From: an uncultured virus (IMG/VR IMGVR_UViG_3300026336_000015)
Lineage: Duplodnaviria; Heunggongvirae; Uroviricota; Caudoviricetes
DNA: 64,000 nucleotides
Reading direction: 5' to 3' (one strand)
IMG/VR virus record: IMGVR_UViG_3300026336_000015
Shown: positions 28,779 to 38,744 of the stretch, piece after piece
Layout of the letters: every line of letters starts with the position of its first letter
How positions within the stretch are numbered: the stretch's first letter is position 1
Notes under the pieces: generated by a model
Seen by the model: only the letters and a program-made list of their open reading frames with translations
What the model was told of the DNA's origin: nothing
Databases searched by the model: none
Translations under genes and position numbers: made by a program

Positions 28779-29156
28779 AAACTTAGACACATTTAGGCAA
28801 CTATCAGCGCAAGACGTCACCCGTTGTCAGTTTCATTATGTTACAATATAATTGCTGGAAATAGCGAGGACAGATTACAAGTGAAAGACTTTTACCCATT
28901 TTTTCACACTCCAAATTCCCGGAGTAAAACGCTCCGGGATATATATGGCTGCCGCTGGTGCATGAGCCGTTGGCAACCCATCTGCATCTCCTAAAAGAGC
29001 CTCCGGTGCCCGCACGCATTGGAGGTAAATATGCCGGGTAAGTCCGCATGAGGTCTGACCGGCCTGTATGTTTTTTCTCCTCTAGGGTATCTTCCGCTGT
29101 AACAGTACCGCCATGCGTGTTGCTGCTATCACCCGAAAATCAAGCGGAACTTATAT

Positions 29157-29237
29157 GCACAGTTAGTTCAACGGGAGAATGCCCCAGCGGCACTGGTAGC
29201 TGAGGCTATGCAGATTCGAGTCCTGCACTGTGCGCCA
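29157..29237 (+). tRNA. Atypical tRNA-like element (identity unassignable)
   Basis: Acceptor GCACAGT/ACTGTGC+GCCA, D-arm and TTCGAGT T-loop present; anticodon arm enlarged and non-canonical. Confidence 0.55.
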
Positions 29238-29490
29238 AGGAGACAGTTGCTTTACTCTTTCTAACGACTTCACAAACGGTATGAAAAGAGCGTCTTAGCT
29301 GTGAATTTACAAGAAATCAATAGCTCCGGCGAAAAAAATGGCCGTCGGGAAACAGGTAGCAGCATAACCAACTCACCGATTACGGTGCTGCAAGTCCATT
29401 TTTGTATGAAGCATGACAACGCAATAGCGTGTGTCCGGCAGGTCATGACTGTAATGCTTCACCAAAATTATTATTTGAAAGGAAAATTTT

Positions 29491-29934
29491 ATGAAACTGT
29501 ATGTTGGTACGAAAATCATTCAGGCAGAACTGGCAACTCGCGGAGAATGCTACAAAGGTCCGGAAATGCTCAGTAGTGCTCAGGCAAAAGAACCCGGCTA
29601 CAAGGTGATTTATCCTGACGGCTATGAATCATGGTCACCAAAAGAAGTCTTTGAAAAGGCATACCGTGAAAACAACAACCTTACTTTTGGGCTTGCACTG
29701 GAAGCTTTGAAAATGGGTAAGAAAATTGCCCGCAATGGTTGGAATGGCAAAGGCCAGTTTATTGAACTTGCAACCAGTGTCAGTTACATGAATCCTGATG
29801 GAGAAATGCAAAACGTAAACCATGAACAGATGGGCAATAAAGCTGTTGCGTTTGTAGGTACTAGCGGCGTACAGCTTGGGTGGCTTGCAAGTCAGGCCGA
29901 TATGCTGTCAGAAGATTGGTATATCGTTGAATAA
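29491..29934 (+). CDS. DUF2829 / Tad2-like protein with an extra N-terminal domain
   Basis: FGLALEALKMGKKIARNGWNGKG...GWLASQADMLSEDW; N-terminal YPDGYESWSPKEVFEKAY. Confidence 0.75.
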   Translation: MKLYVGTKIIQAELATRGECYKGPEMLSSAQAKEPGYKVIYPDGYESWSPKEVFEKAYRENNNLTFGLALEALKMGKKIARNGWNGKGQFIELATSVSYMNPDGEMQNVNHEQMGNKAVAFVGTSGVQLGWLASQADMLSEDWYIVE

Positions 29935-29980
29935 TCGGTTTTAATACTTTGGAGCAGCCTTCAACCGGGCTGCTATTTAT

Positions 29981-30056
29981 GTGAGTATGGTCTAATTGGT
30001 AAGGCTCCGGCTGTAATGGTTAGACAATGTGGGTTCGAATCCCACTATTTACTCCA
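29981..30056 (+). tRNA. Degenerate tRNA (weak anticodon stem; TAA or GTA reading ambiguous)
   Basis: 76 nt; acceptor GTGAGTA/TATTTAC; T-arm GTGGG-TTCGAAT-CCCAC; encoded CCA. Confidence 0.6.
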
Positions 30057-30243
30057 GCCGAAAGGCACACAACTTAATAGCAGCGGGTGGTCAAGAGTTC
30101 TCTGCCTGCTGTAATATGTCGCAGAGAGCGTGTTAACTTGACGCGGCGCCGAAATGGCTTGAAATGTTCATGGGAAAAACGAATGAGCAGGATATGCCCC
30201 TGCCGTTTCCTCCATTTGAGCATTATTTTGGAGGTACATATAA

Positions 30244-31005
30244 ATGAACGAACTAATTTCAATAAAATATGAGAATGACAAGCCAGCTATTTCAGCAAGG
30301 GAACTGCATAAGTTCCTTGAAGTCAAAACAGACTTTCCACATTGGTTTTCGAGAATGTGTGAATATGGATTTTCAGAAAATGTGGACTTTGCAAAATTGC
30401 CCGGACAAAAATGTCCGACCAATAATCCTAAAAATCCATGGACTGAAATCACAGACTATTCGCTCTCTATTGACATGGCAAAAGAACTCTGCATGATTCA
30501 GCGCACGGAACGTGGAAAGCAAGCACGGCAGTATTTCTTACAAATTGAGAAAAACTGGAACAGCCCTGAAAAAGTAATGGCGCGTGCTCTGCAGATTGCC
30601 AACGATACTATAAAGTCACTTAGCTTCGAGAACACGCAGCAGAAGCAGTTAATCGCGGAGTATGAGCCAAAGGCAAATTATGTTGACGAAATACTCAGCA
30701 GCAGGGATGCAGTGAACATCACTCAAATCTCCAAGGATTATGGCATGAGTGGAGAAAGCATGAACAAACTGCTCCATGATAAAGGCGTACAGTACAAATT
30801 GGGAGATCAGTGGCTTTTGTACAGCAAATATCAGCATGAGGGATATACAAAGAGCACCACAAAGCAGATAACCCACAGAGATGGAACTCCCGGAAGCGTG
30901 CTTCACACGAAATGGACGCAAAAAGGTCGGCTGTTTATCTATGAGCTTCTGAAAGCGTCTGGAATATATCCGCTCATTGAGCAAGACGACCAAAAGACAG
31001 CATAA
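30244..31005 (+). CDS. Phage antirepressor (AntA/AntB + KilA-C/ANT domains)
   Basis: ISARELHKFL, DMAKELCMIQRTERGKQARQYF, WTQKGRLF. Confidence 0.9.
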   Translation: MNELISIKYENDKPAISARELHKFLEVKTDFPHWFSRMCEYGFSENVDFAKLPGQKCPTNNPKNPWTEITDYSLSIDMAKELCMIQRTERGKQARQYFLQIEKNWNSPEKVMARALQIANDTIKSLSFENTQQKQLIAEYEPKANYVDEILSSRDAVNITQISKDYGMSGESMNKLLHDKGVQYKLGDQWLLYSKYQHEGYTKSTTKQITHRDGTPGSVLHTKWTQKGRLFIYELLKASGIYPLIEQDDQKTA

Positions 31006-31053
31006 CGAAATAAGTTACTTAGCGCCTGCCACGAATACAGGTGGGCGTATATA

Positions 31054-31129
31054 TGCGGATTAGAGCAGTGGTCAGCTTGCCAGCCCCATAAGCTGGAGGT
31101 CGTAGGTTCGAATCCTACATCCGTACCCA
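31054..31129 (+). tRNA. tRNA with CAT anticodon (Met/fMet-like)
   Basis: Full cloverleaf; CCAGC-CCCATAA-GCTGG anticodon arm; GTAGG-TTCGAAT-CCTAC; CCA end. Confidence 0.85.
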
Positions 31130-31212
31130 ATCCCGAAAAGGGATAAAAACTGGTTCACCGGCATCCATAAGAGCCGGGAACCGCACAGGAAATTTATATT
31201 TGTCTTTATCGC

Positions 31213-31248
31213 ATAGCACCGCCCGGAAACAATCGGGTGGTGCTATTT
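31213..31248 (+). terminator. Intrinsic terminator
   Basis: ATAGCACCGCCCG...CGGGTGGTGCTAT hairpin plus T-tract. Confidence 0.6.
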
Positions 31249-31275
31249 GCGTTATATGGAAAGGGTGAATAGGCA

Positions 31276-31785
31276 GTGCTTGACGAACAGAGGCAAAAAC
31301 TTGCGGAAGATAATGAAAGGCTTATTTATTCTTTCCTGAACAAGATGAACCTGAAAGATTATTCAGAGTATTATGGAATGGCGGCTGTGGGATTATGCAG
31401 AGCGGCGGAAAGTTGGAACCCAGACAAAGCAGCATTTTCAACTTACGCATTTTTGTGTATGCGGTATGAAATATTCAGGCATTTCAGACACAAGCGCATA
31501 TCTTGCGTCAGCCTTGACGCTCCAACAATCGAGGGAGAGAACATAACGCTTGCGGATACTGTACCAGATACTAAGGACAGAATCGGCCGCAGAGAAGATG
31601 TGCTGACCGCGATACATGCAATGGAAAACACCAAACTGAAAGACATAGAAAGAGAATCCCTTAACCTATGGCTTGAAGGCATCAAGCAAATAGAGATTGG
31701 CAAGCGGTTAGGCATTTCGCAACCGTCCGCAGGGAGATATATAAGGCGCGCAAAAGAAAAGCTGCAGAAAGAGGTAGGTGGTTGA
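31276..31785 (+). CDS. Sigma-70 family sigma factor-like protein
   Basis: GLCRAAESWNPDKAAFSTYA (region 2), SLDA, region 4 HTH QIEIGKRLGISQ. Confidence 0.85.
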   Translation: MLDEQRQKLAEDNERLIYSFLNKMNLKDYSEYYGMAAVGLCRAAESWNPDKAAFSTYAFLCMRYEIFRHFRHKRISCVSLDAPTIEGENITLADTVPDTKDRIGRREDVLTAIHAMENTKLKDIERESLNLWLEGIKQIEIGKRLGISQPSAGRYIRRAKEKLQKEVGG

Positions 31786-32059
31786 AATGTCATATTGCCC
31801 GAAAGACGGAAAGTGCCAATACAATGACAGAATCAGATGCGATACAGACTTTTGCGTTTGGCCACGTTGCCCGTTTGTTACTGACCCTGTAAAAGATATG
31901 TCAGCGGTGGAGTATCGGAGGCATTTGAGTATTATCGTTGCTGATTTGTCTAAAAAGCCACGGAGAACAGTTACGGAGGAAATACAACTAACAAAAGCCC
32001 AAAAGGCTTTAAAAGATAGCCTACAGATGATTGGTAGGTCCCCGGGTGGTGATGCATAA
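31778..32059 (+). CDS. Hypothetical protein
   Basis: Coupled ORF. Confidence 0.5.
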   Translation: MVEMSYCPKDGKCQYNDRIRCDTDFCVWPRCPFVTDPVKDMSAVEYRRHLSIIVADLSKKPRRTVTEEIQLTKAQKALKDSLQMIGRSPGGDA

Positions 32060-32538
32060 TGAAACTCACCGAGAAGCAAAAGAGATTTATTGATTTTTTT
32101 GTAGAAACTGGAAATAAAGCAGAAGCAGCACGCCGAGCCGGATACAAAGCGAAGACCGAAGCGGCAATGAGAGCAATCGGAGCGGAAAACTTTGCAAAGC
32201 TTAACACTTTAATTCAGGAGCGGCTTTCGGAGCTTGAAAGTGACCGGATAGCAAAGGCTGATGAGGTGCTTAAAACGCTTACCAGAGTCCTCAGACGTGA
32301 AGAGAAAGACACTGTAGTTGTGACTTGCAAAACCAAACGAGTTTACACGGATGAAAAAGGTAAACGCATTACCGAGGAAAAGGAAGAACCGGTGACAGTT
32401 GAAATACCGACTCAGGTAAAGGATGTTAACCGCGCGGCTGAACTCTTGGGTAAGCGGTACAGTTTGTATACCGATAAAGTGGACGTTTCGGCGGCAATTC
32501 CGGTGGTGATATCAGGTGAAGATGAACTCGAAGACTGA
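32059..32538 (+). CDS. terS: Terminase small subunit
   Basis: LTEKQKRFIDFF...AARRAGY; AAELLGKRY. Confidence 0.9.
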   Translation: MKLTEKQKRFIDFFVETGNKAEAARRAGYKAKTEAAMRAIGAENFAKLNTLIQERLSELESDRIAKADEVLKTLTRVLRREEKDTVVVTCKTKRVYTDEKGKRITEEKEEPVTVEIPTQVKDVNRAAELLGKRYSLYTDKVDVSAAIPVVISGEDELED

Positions 32539-33763
32539 GGAGCAGCCTAAGATTAATTTGAAACTGCCTGAACTGGTAGGCAAAGGTTACGGAAGCTTTT
32601 GGAGATTCAAAGGGCGCTACCGTGTATGTAAGGGCAGCCGTGCATCCAAAAAGTCAAAGACAACAGCACTTAATGTCATTTGCCGTACAATGAAGTATAA
32701 GGAAGCGAACACCCTTGTAGTCCGTAAGGTGTTCCGCACGCTGAAAGATAGCTGCTATGCCGAACTCAAGTGGGCAATCCATAGATTGCAGGTTGATGCA
32801 TTCTGGGACTGCAAAGAGTCACCTTTGGAAATGACCTATAAGCCAACGGGCCAGAAGATATACTTCCGTGGCCTTGACGACCCGCTGAAAGTAACATCAA
32901 TTACTGTTGATGTGGGCTGTCTGTGCTTCCTTTGGCTAGAAGAAGCTTACGAGGTCATGGACGAAACTGATTTTAATATGCTGGATGAATCCATTCGTGG
33001 CGAAACGCCGCCCGGTCTGTTCAAACAACTGACGTTGACACTGAACCCTTGGAATGACCAGCATTGGATAAAGCGACGTTTCTTTGATGCCATTCCATCA
33101 CCCGATGTTATGACCATGACAACAAACTACACCTGTAATGAGTGGCTGGATGATTCCGACCGTCGGATGTTTGAAGAAATGAAGAAAAACAATCCGCGGC
33201 GGTACGAAGTCGCAGGCTTGGGAAACTGGGGTGTAACAGAGGGCGTTATCTTTGACAACTGGCATATAGAAGATCTGTCCAAAATGATTCCGCACTTTGC
33301 CAACATCTACAATGGCCTTGACTTTGGCTTTGCAGCGGATCCAAATGCACTTGTACGTCTCGACTTCGAACACGCTCAGAAAAAAATCTATGTGTTTGAT
33401 GAGATGTACAAGTGCGGGATGCACACAGACGAGTTGGCCGAAGAACTGCACGAGCGCATAGGCAGCGAATATGTCACTTGCGATAGTGCAAGCCCGCAGA
33501 ACATAGACGACCTGTGTCGCCGCGGCATCCGCGCAATCGGAGCAGTAAAGGGCCCGAACAGCATCAACTTTGGTATCCAGTGGTTACAGGGATACGAAAT
33601 CATTGTTGATGTGCACTGCCAGCACTTTGTAACAGAGATAAGTAATTACCGCTGGGACAAGGATAAGTACGGCAATACCATGAAGCGCCCAGTGGATAAG
33701 GACAACCACCTTATGGATGCAACGCGGTATGCTACTGAAATGCTCCAGAATGGATTTATGTAA
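32522..33763 (+). CDS. terL: Terminase large subunit (PBSX family)
   Basis: KGSRASKKS, WLEEA, GLDFG, DNHLMDATRY. Confidence 0.95.
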   Translation: MNSKTEEQPKINLKLPELVGKGYGSFWRFKGRYRVCKGSRASKKSKTTALNVICRTMKYKEANTLVVRKVFRTLKDSCYAELKWAIHRLQVDAFWDCKESPLEMTYKPTGQKIYFRGLDDPLKVTSITVDVGCLCFLWLEEAYEVMDETDFNMLDESIRGETPPGLFKQLTLTLNPWNDQHWIKRRFFDAIPSPDVMTMTTNYTCNEWLDDSDRRMFEEMKKNNPRRYEVAGLGNWGVTEGVIFDNWHIEDLSKMIPHFANIYNGLDFGFAADPNALVRLDFEHAQKKIYVFDEMYKCGMHTDELAEELHERIGSEYVTCDSASPQNIDDLCRRGIRAIGAVKGPNSINFGIQWLQGYEIIVDVHCQHFVTEISNYRWDKDKYGNTMKRPVDKDNHLMDATRYATEMLQNGFM

Positions 33764-33778
33764 AAGGGAGGGGAATAC

Positions 33779-35269
33779 ATGAGAGATGAATCAGAGTTGT
33801 ATCCTGATTTTACTTCGGAAGCAGAAGCCATTGCAGGCAGCGGCTTTACACCGGAATTGCTTGATAAGATTGTGTCCAAGTTCGCAACATGCAAAGGCTG
33901 CATGGAAAAGCTGTACAAGCGGTATGAAGCTTTAAAGAACGTATTGCCAATCATGACGCGCGAGCCGCGGTTCAAAGAGGATGCGAATGCAATCAACAAC
34001 AAACTCAACAATGACTTCTTTGGTGAGATTAACGACTTCAAAATAGGCTACTTTGCAGGTAAACCGATTGCTTACAGTTACAACCACAGTCAGGACAGTG
34101 AGGATGATACAGGTGGGAATGAAGCCATTGACATTACTAGCAAAGCACTGTCAGACTTCATCGCACTTAACAACATGCCAGATATTGACCAGGAAATCAC
34201 CAAGTTTGCAACGGTCTGCGGATATGCAGGCCGTTTATTGTATACGGATACAGACGGCAGCGCTCGTGCAATGGTAGTACCACCGTATGAAGCTATCCTG
34301 TTGTCAACGATTGGGGACATTACACAGCCGGAAGCGGCAGTCAGGTATTACAAGCGCACAAGCCTTGAGGGTGAGGAATACTACATTGCAGAGTGTTATC
34401 AGGGAAACCAAATCACTACATACAAAGGTCAAGTTGGCTCATGGGAGCAGATTAACAGCGAAACAGATGTATATGATATGTGCCCACTCCAGGGCATCCC
34501 GAACAACGGAGAATTGCTAGGGGATGCCGAAAAGGTCACAGAGCTTATAGATGCTTATGACCGCGCATTTTCAGACCAGAGCAATGAGGTTGAATCATTC
34601 TCTAACGCTTATATGTGCTTCGAAAATGTAAATCTTACTGATGAAGAAATGGAAAAAGCACAGCGAACAGGCTCTATCCGGTACTATACTGGCACAGGGA
34701 ACGGCAACATTCATTTTCTCACAAAGGATGCTTCAGGTGAACTTAGCAACAAACATCTTGACAGGTTGGAAGATAATATTTACCGCTTCGCAAAGACTCC
34801 AAACCTGAATGATGAGTCGTTCGGCACCGCTTCTGGCGTGGCTCTGAAATTCAGATTGACTGCACTCGAAACAAAGTGCGGCATCTTCCAGAACAAGGTG
34901 CAAAGCGCCGCAACATATATGTTCCGCTGCTTATCAAACGCTTTCTCAAAACGCGGAGTGACGCTTGACCCGCTGGAGGTTGATTTGAAGTTCAGCCGTA
35001 ACTTCCCACTTGACCTTTTAAGCGAAGCACAGGCAGCAGTACAGGCAAAGGCGGCAGGCTTGCCTCCACGAGTTGCACTTAGCCTTGCATTTCCGGAGAT
35101 TGACGACATAGATGAAGTCATGCAGGAGATTGAAGCGGAAAAGGATGATATTCCGCCGCTTGACGGTGGGACAGCAGATGATGGGCAGGTGGCAGAGGAT
35201 GGCAACACCGACAACGGACAAATTGCAGCGGTTATTGACACAGGTACGCCGGATAGCGGAACACCGTGA
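33779..35269 (+). CDS. Portal protein (SPP1 gp6-like)
   Basis: GYFAGKPI, LIDAYD, SGVALKF; follows terL. Confidence 0.9.
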   Translation: MRDESELYPDFTSEAEAIAGSGFTPELLDKIVSKFATCKGCMEKLYKRYEALKNVLPIMTREPRFKEDANAINNKLNNDFFGEINDFKIGYFAGKPIAYSYNHSQDSEDDTGGNEAIDITSKALSDFIALNNMPDIDQEITKFATVCGYAGRLLYTDTDGSARAMVVPPYEAILLSTIGDITQPEAAVRYYKRTSLEGEEYYIAECYQGNQITTYKGQVGSWEQINSETDVYDMCPLQGIPNNGELLGDAEKVTELIDAYDRAFSDQSNEVESFSNAYMCFENVNLTDEEMEKAQRTGSIRYYTGTGNGNIHFLTKDASGELSNKHLDRLEDNIYRFAKTPNLNDESFGTASGVALKFRLTALETKCGIFQNKVQSAATYMFRCLSNAFSKRGVTLDPLEVDLKFSRNFPLDLLSEAQAAVQAKAAGLPPRVALSLAFPEIDDIDEVMQEIEAEKDDIPPLDGGTADDGQVAEDGNTDNGQIAAVIDTGTPDSGTP

Positions 35270-36476
35270 AAAAGGTTCTGAAAAGGAAATCAGACGTACA
35301 TATCAGGCACTGCTGAAAGACCTGCGCTTGTATCTTGGAACGCAATACGAAAGGCTTGCAGAGGACGATAAACTGGACTATGCAACCTTGCAGCAAAAGG
35401 GCGAGTTTTCTCGTTTTGTAGAGGAAGCGGAAAGACTGGTCGTGCATCATTCTGACCCGCTTGTTAATTCAATCTCACAAACAGTGCAGGATGTGTATAG
35501 CTTGTGCTGGCAGGGAATGCAAAATGCTGTAAAACAGTCAGCAACCAACGAAGAGTTACATACAGTTTTGCAGGGAATCCACGGCATTACGCCGGAAGTC
35601 GCAAAGCGTGCAGTGGAAAATCCTATCTCCGGTCTGACGCTTAACAGCCGCCTGCAAAAGCATCGGCAAGATGTGATTTACGGGATTAAGCAGCAGATAG
35701 GCGTTGGCTTGACGCAGGGCGACACTTATACTACCATGGCGCGGCGTGTGGCGGGGGAAGTGGACGGAAATTACAAAAAGGCTGTGCGCATTGTCCGTAC
35801 GGAAACTCACCGAGTGCGGGAAGCCGGATTCCATGATGCGGCAAGCGACGTACACAAGGCGTCGCAGGCGTCTGGATATGGCATGACAAAGACATGGTGC
35901 ACGATGAAAGATGAGCGTGTGAGGCCACAGTGCCGATTCAGACGTGGAAAGCATTGGATAACGACCATCCGTGGTCCATATGACCACATGAAAATGGATG
36001 GCGTATGCATCCCGGTTGACCAGCAGTTTGATTTGGGCGGTGGTGTGATGACTGACGCACCAGGGCAGAGCGGTGTGGCTGGGCAGGACATCAACTGCAG
36101 ATGCTTTTTGGAATACAGTTTAAAGAAACTGGGAAATACGGAGGATGCGCAGGAAGAAACTATTGAAAATCCGATTAAAAATGGTATAATTAAGTCAGAT
36201 AAAACCTTTCAGGATTACTCAAAAAGGTTCAAAACACCTGATTATTCAAAATACAAAGATTCTGGGTTGTCAAAAACTGTTGACAGCCTTTCTTCCCAAA
36301 TTAAAAAGCATCAGGAAAAAGTTAAAAAACCAGCTGCTTTTGACGCTGACTGGGATTCGTATACTGAAGAGCACAAGGCAGGCTTGATTAAGCATTGGAA
36401 ACATGAAATTAAGATATTCAATGAACAGATGAATGCGGCAGACGCAGAACTGCAAAGGAGGCAGTCATTAAAATGA
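35199..36476 (+). CDS. Minor head (MuF-like) protein with C-terminal extension
   Basis: RIVRTE, K.W...D.RVR, DINCRC motifs plus ~115 extra residues. Confidence 0.8.
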   Translation: MATPTTDKLQRLLTQVRRIAEHREKGSEKEIRRTYQALLKDLRLYLGTQYERLAEDDKLDYATLQQKGEFSRFVEEAERLVVHHSDPLVNSISQTVQDVYSLCWQGMQNAVKQSATNEELHTVLQGIHGITPEVAKRAVENPISGLTLNSRLQKHRQDVIYGIKQQIGVGLTQGDTYTTMARRVAGEVDGNYKKAVRIVRTETHRVREAGFHDAASDVHKASQASGYGMTKTWCTMKDERVRPQCRFRRGKHWITTIRGPYDHMKMDGVCIPVDQQFDLGGGVMTDAPGQSGVAGQDINCRCFLEYSLKKLGNTEDAQEETIENPIKNGIIKSDKTFQDYSKRFKTPDYSKYKDSGLSKTVDSLSSQIKKHQEKVKKPAAFDADWDSYTEEHKAGLIKHWKHEIKIFNEQMNAADAELQRRQSLK

Positions 36477-36661
36477 ACAATGAAAATGCAGCAGATGCTT
36501 TAAGTTGGATATTAAGCGATATTGCAGAACGAAAAAAAGAAGCTGATGGGGAAAAAAGCAAAAGTGACTTTGCTTCTGGCAGAGCAGAAGCCTATTATGA
36601 AGTTATGGACATAATTCAGTCCAGACTTGATATTTTGGGCGTAACGCCTGACAAAAAATAA
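36473..36661 (+). CDS. Small hypothetical protein (possible immunity partner)
   Basis: ATGA overlap with the MuF stop. Confidence 0.55.
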   Translation: MNNENAADALSWILSDIAERKKEADGEKSKSDFASGRAEAYYEVMDIIQSRLDILGVTPDKK

Positions 36662-36689
36662 GAATCATTGATGTGAGAAGTGACTATGA

Positions 36690-37004
36690 ATGGACAATTT
36701 CCGCATCCTCTATAAAATCCTGCATATCCTTGAAAAGGCTATGGATGTGGAAGAATTTGATTCTTCCTCTATTTCAGCAGAAAGTTTAAAAATCAGTGAA
36801 GCACGTTGGTGCAGCCTGATGGAAATGCTTTCAGATGAGGGCTATGTGAAAGGCTTGCATGTTTCGCGTTCATTGGACGGACAGACTTTGGTGTCAGTAT
36901 CCAACCCACGAATTACGCTGAAAGGCCTTGAATATTTGCAGGAAAACAGTTTAATGAAAAAAGCGGCAAACCTTGCAAAAGGTGTTGCCGAAATCATCCC
37001 ATAA
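36690..37004 (+). CDS. YjcQ-family protein
   Basis: MDNFRILYKIL...ITLKGLEYLQENSLMKK. Confidence 0.75.
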   Translation: MDNFRILYKILHILEKAMDVEEFDSSSISAESLKISEARWCSLMEMLSDEGYVKGLHVSRSLDGQTLVSVSNPRITLKGLEYLQENSLMKKAANLAKGVAEIIP

Positions 37005-37005
37005 G

Positions 37006-37036
37006 CCGCCCAGCAAACGCTAGGGCGGTATTTTTA
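37006..37036 (+). terminator. Intrinsic terminator
   Basis: CCGCCC...GGGCGG plus T-tract. Confidence 0.6.
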
Positions 37037-37059
37037 TGCTTATTTTTAAGGAGTAACAG

Positions 37060-37413
37060 ATGAAAATTGATATTCTAGACACGGAGTACGAGATATTCAA
37101 AGATATTAGTTTTGACAAGGACCCGCACTTAGAAGATAGGTTTGCCTACATTGATTACAACGAACGCAAGATTGTTATCGGCGACCTGAAAACACTCAAA
37201 GAATGGAAAGATAACACAGATAAAGCTATTGAGCGGCAGAATAAAGAATCGCTGCGTCATGAGATTGTTCATGGTTTCCTGAAAGAAAGCGGATTGAACG
37301 CAAGCAGTTTGCAGTATGATGCAGGGTGGGCAGGGAACGAAGAAATGGTTGATTGGTTCGCGATGCAGGCACCCAAAATCTACAAAACTTTTGAGGAAGC
37401 AGGGTGCTTATGA
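37060..37413 (+). CDS. Hypothetical protein with HExxH motif
   Basis: LRHEIVH...NEEMVDW. Confidence 0.65.
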   Translation: MKIDILDTEYEIFKDISFDKDPHLEDRFAYIDYNERKIVIGDLKTLKEWKDNTDKAIERQNKESLRHEIVHGFLKESGLNASSLQYDAGWAGNEEMVDWFAMQAPKIYKTFEEAGCL

Positions 37414-37588
37414 TTGGGTTCGTAAAGCATCTGGTTCAAAAGCACAACTGCCAGCATTTCTGGAAAGAACAATGCCATTGGCTTTATTATGACATTTGGG
37501 GTAACAAAGTTCTGGCGGTGAAATCCAGATGTATAAAATGCGGCAAGAAAAAAGTTAAAAGGTATTGGGATGATTGGAGAAATGCAAT

Positions 37589-37861
37589 ATGAAATACAGA
37601 AAAAAGCCGGTTGTAATTGACGCATTTCAGTATGACGGGGATTTCAAAGATAAAAATGGGAAATGGTATATCCCTGACTGGGCAATTGATGCTTACAAAA
37701 ATGGCACAATGTTTTTTAAAGACGTAGCCGAGTTGTACATAAAAACGTTGGAGGGAGACCACCATGCTTCGGCTGGTGATTACATTATCCATGGCGTAAA
37801 TGGCGAGTTGTATCCTTGCAAGCCTGACATTTTCGCTAAAACATACGAACCAGCAGAATAA
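37589..37861 (+). CDS. Conserved phage protein
   Basis: KYRKKPVVIDA...TLEG...GDYII.GVNGELYPCKPDIF. Confidence 0.7.
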   Translation: MKYRKKPVVIDAFQYDGDFKDKNGKWYIPDWAIDAYKNGTMFFKDVAELYIKTLEGDHHASAGDYIIHGVNGELYPCKPDIFAKTYEPAE

Positions 37862-38009
37862 TCAATAGTCCCGAGTATGACGTTAAAAGGCTTGCGAAAC
37901 GTGCGGTGGTATCAGATTTTGGTACTGCCGCTTTTTTGCGCCCAAAATTGCACGAATACAAACCCAATGGTATTGACCATTCACTTAATTTTATGGAGGT
38001 TACAACCAC

Positions 38010-38732
38010 ATGCATAAGAAAAAATTGGACGAACTCCTTGCAAAAGGAACAATTACACAGACCGAGTACGATGCAATGCTGCCAAACATTACTGATGAAC
38101 CGGAGCAGCAGCCCGAAGAACCGGCCGAGGAAGAATCAAATCCCGAAGAAAATCCTGCAGAAGAAGAGCCAAAGCCGGAACCGCACCTTGACGACGCAGA
38201 GATTCAGCGCCGTGCGAAATCTATTGCTGACAAATCGACCGCTACACTCACGAAAAAGTACAATGAAGCGCAGAAAGAACTTGAACGTGTCAAGCGTGAG
38301 CGCATGACAGATGAGCAGCGTAAGGCCGCTGACATGGAAGCCAAAGAAAATGAGCTTGCACAGCGTGAGCAGGAACTCAAAGACGAGAAGAACCGGATGT
38401 ATGCTGTCAAGGCTATTAAGAAAGCTGGGATTGACGACGGCGGCGAAGAGACAATGGACATTGTTGACTTTGTAACCGGCGAAGATGAAGCGGCAATCGA
38501 TGGCCATGTGAAAGCGTTTAAGACGCTGGTTGACAAACTGGTAGCAAAGGAAGTTGACAAGCGGTTTAAAGCTGCCGGCAGAAAGCCACTGCACAGCAAC
38601 GGCGGCGTATCCGCAAAAGACAACCCGTACACAAAAGAAGGGTGGAACCTTACCAAGCAGATGGAGCTGGAAAGGACGGAACCCGAAAAGGCAAAGGCTC
38701 TCAGCGAAGCAGCTGAAGCCATGAAGAACTAG
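38010..38732 (+). CDS. Capsid scaffolding protein (DUF4355-like)
   Basis: Acidic coiled coil, NPY..WNLT tail, upstream of the capsid gene. Confidence 0.8.
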   Translation: MHKKKLDELLAKGTITQTEYDAMLPNITDEPEQQPEEPAEEESNPEENPAEEEPKPEPHLDDAEIQRRAKSIADKSTATLTKKYNEAQKELERVKRERMTDEQRKAADMEAKENELAQREQELKDEKNRMYAVKAIKKAGIDDGGEETMDIVDFVTGEDEAAIDGHVKAFKTLVDKLVAKEVDKRFKAAGRKPLHSNGGVSAKDNPYTKEGWNLTKQMELERTEPEKAKALSEAAEAMKN

Positions 38733-38744
38733 GAGGAATAATCA

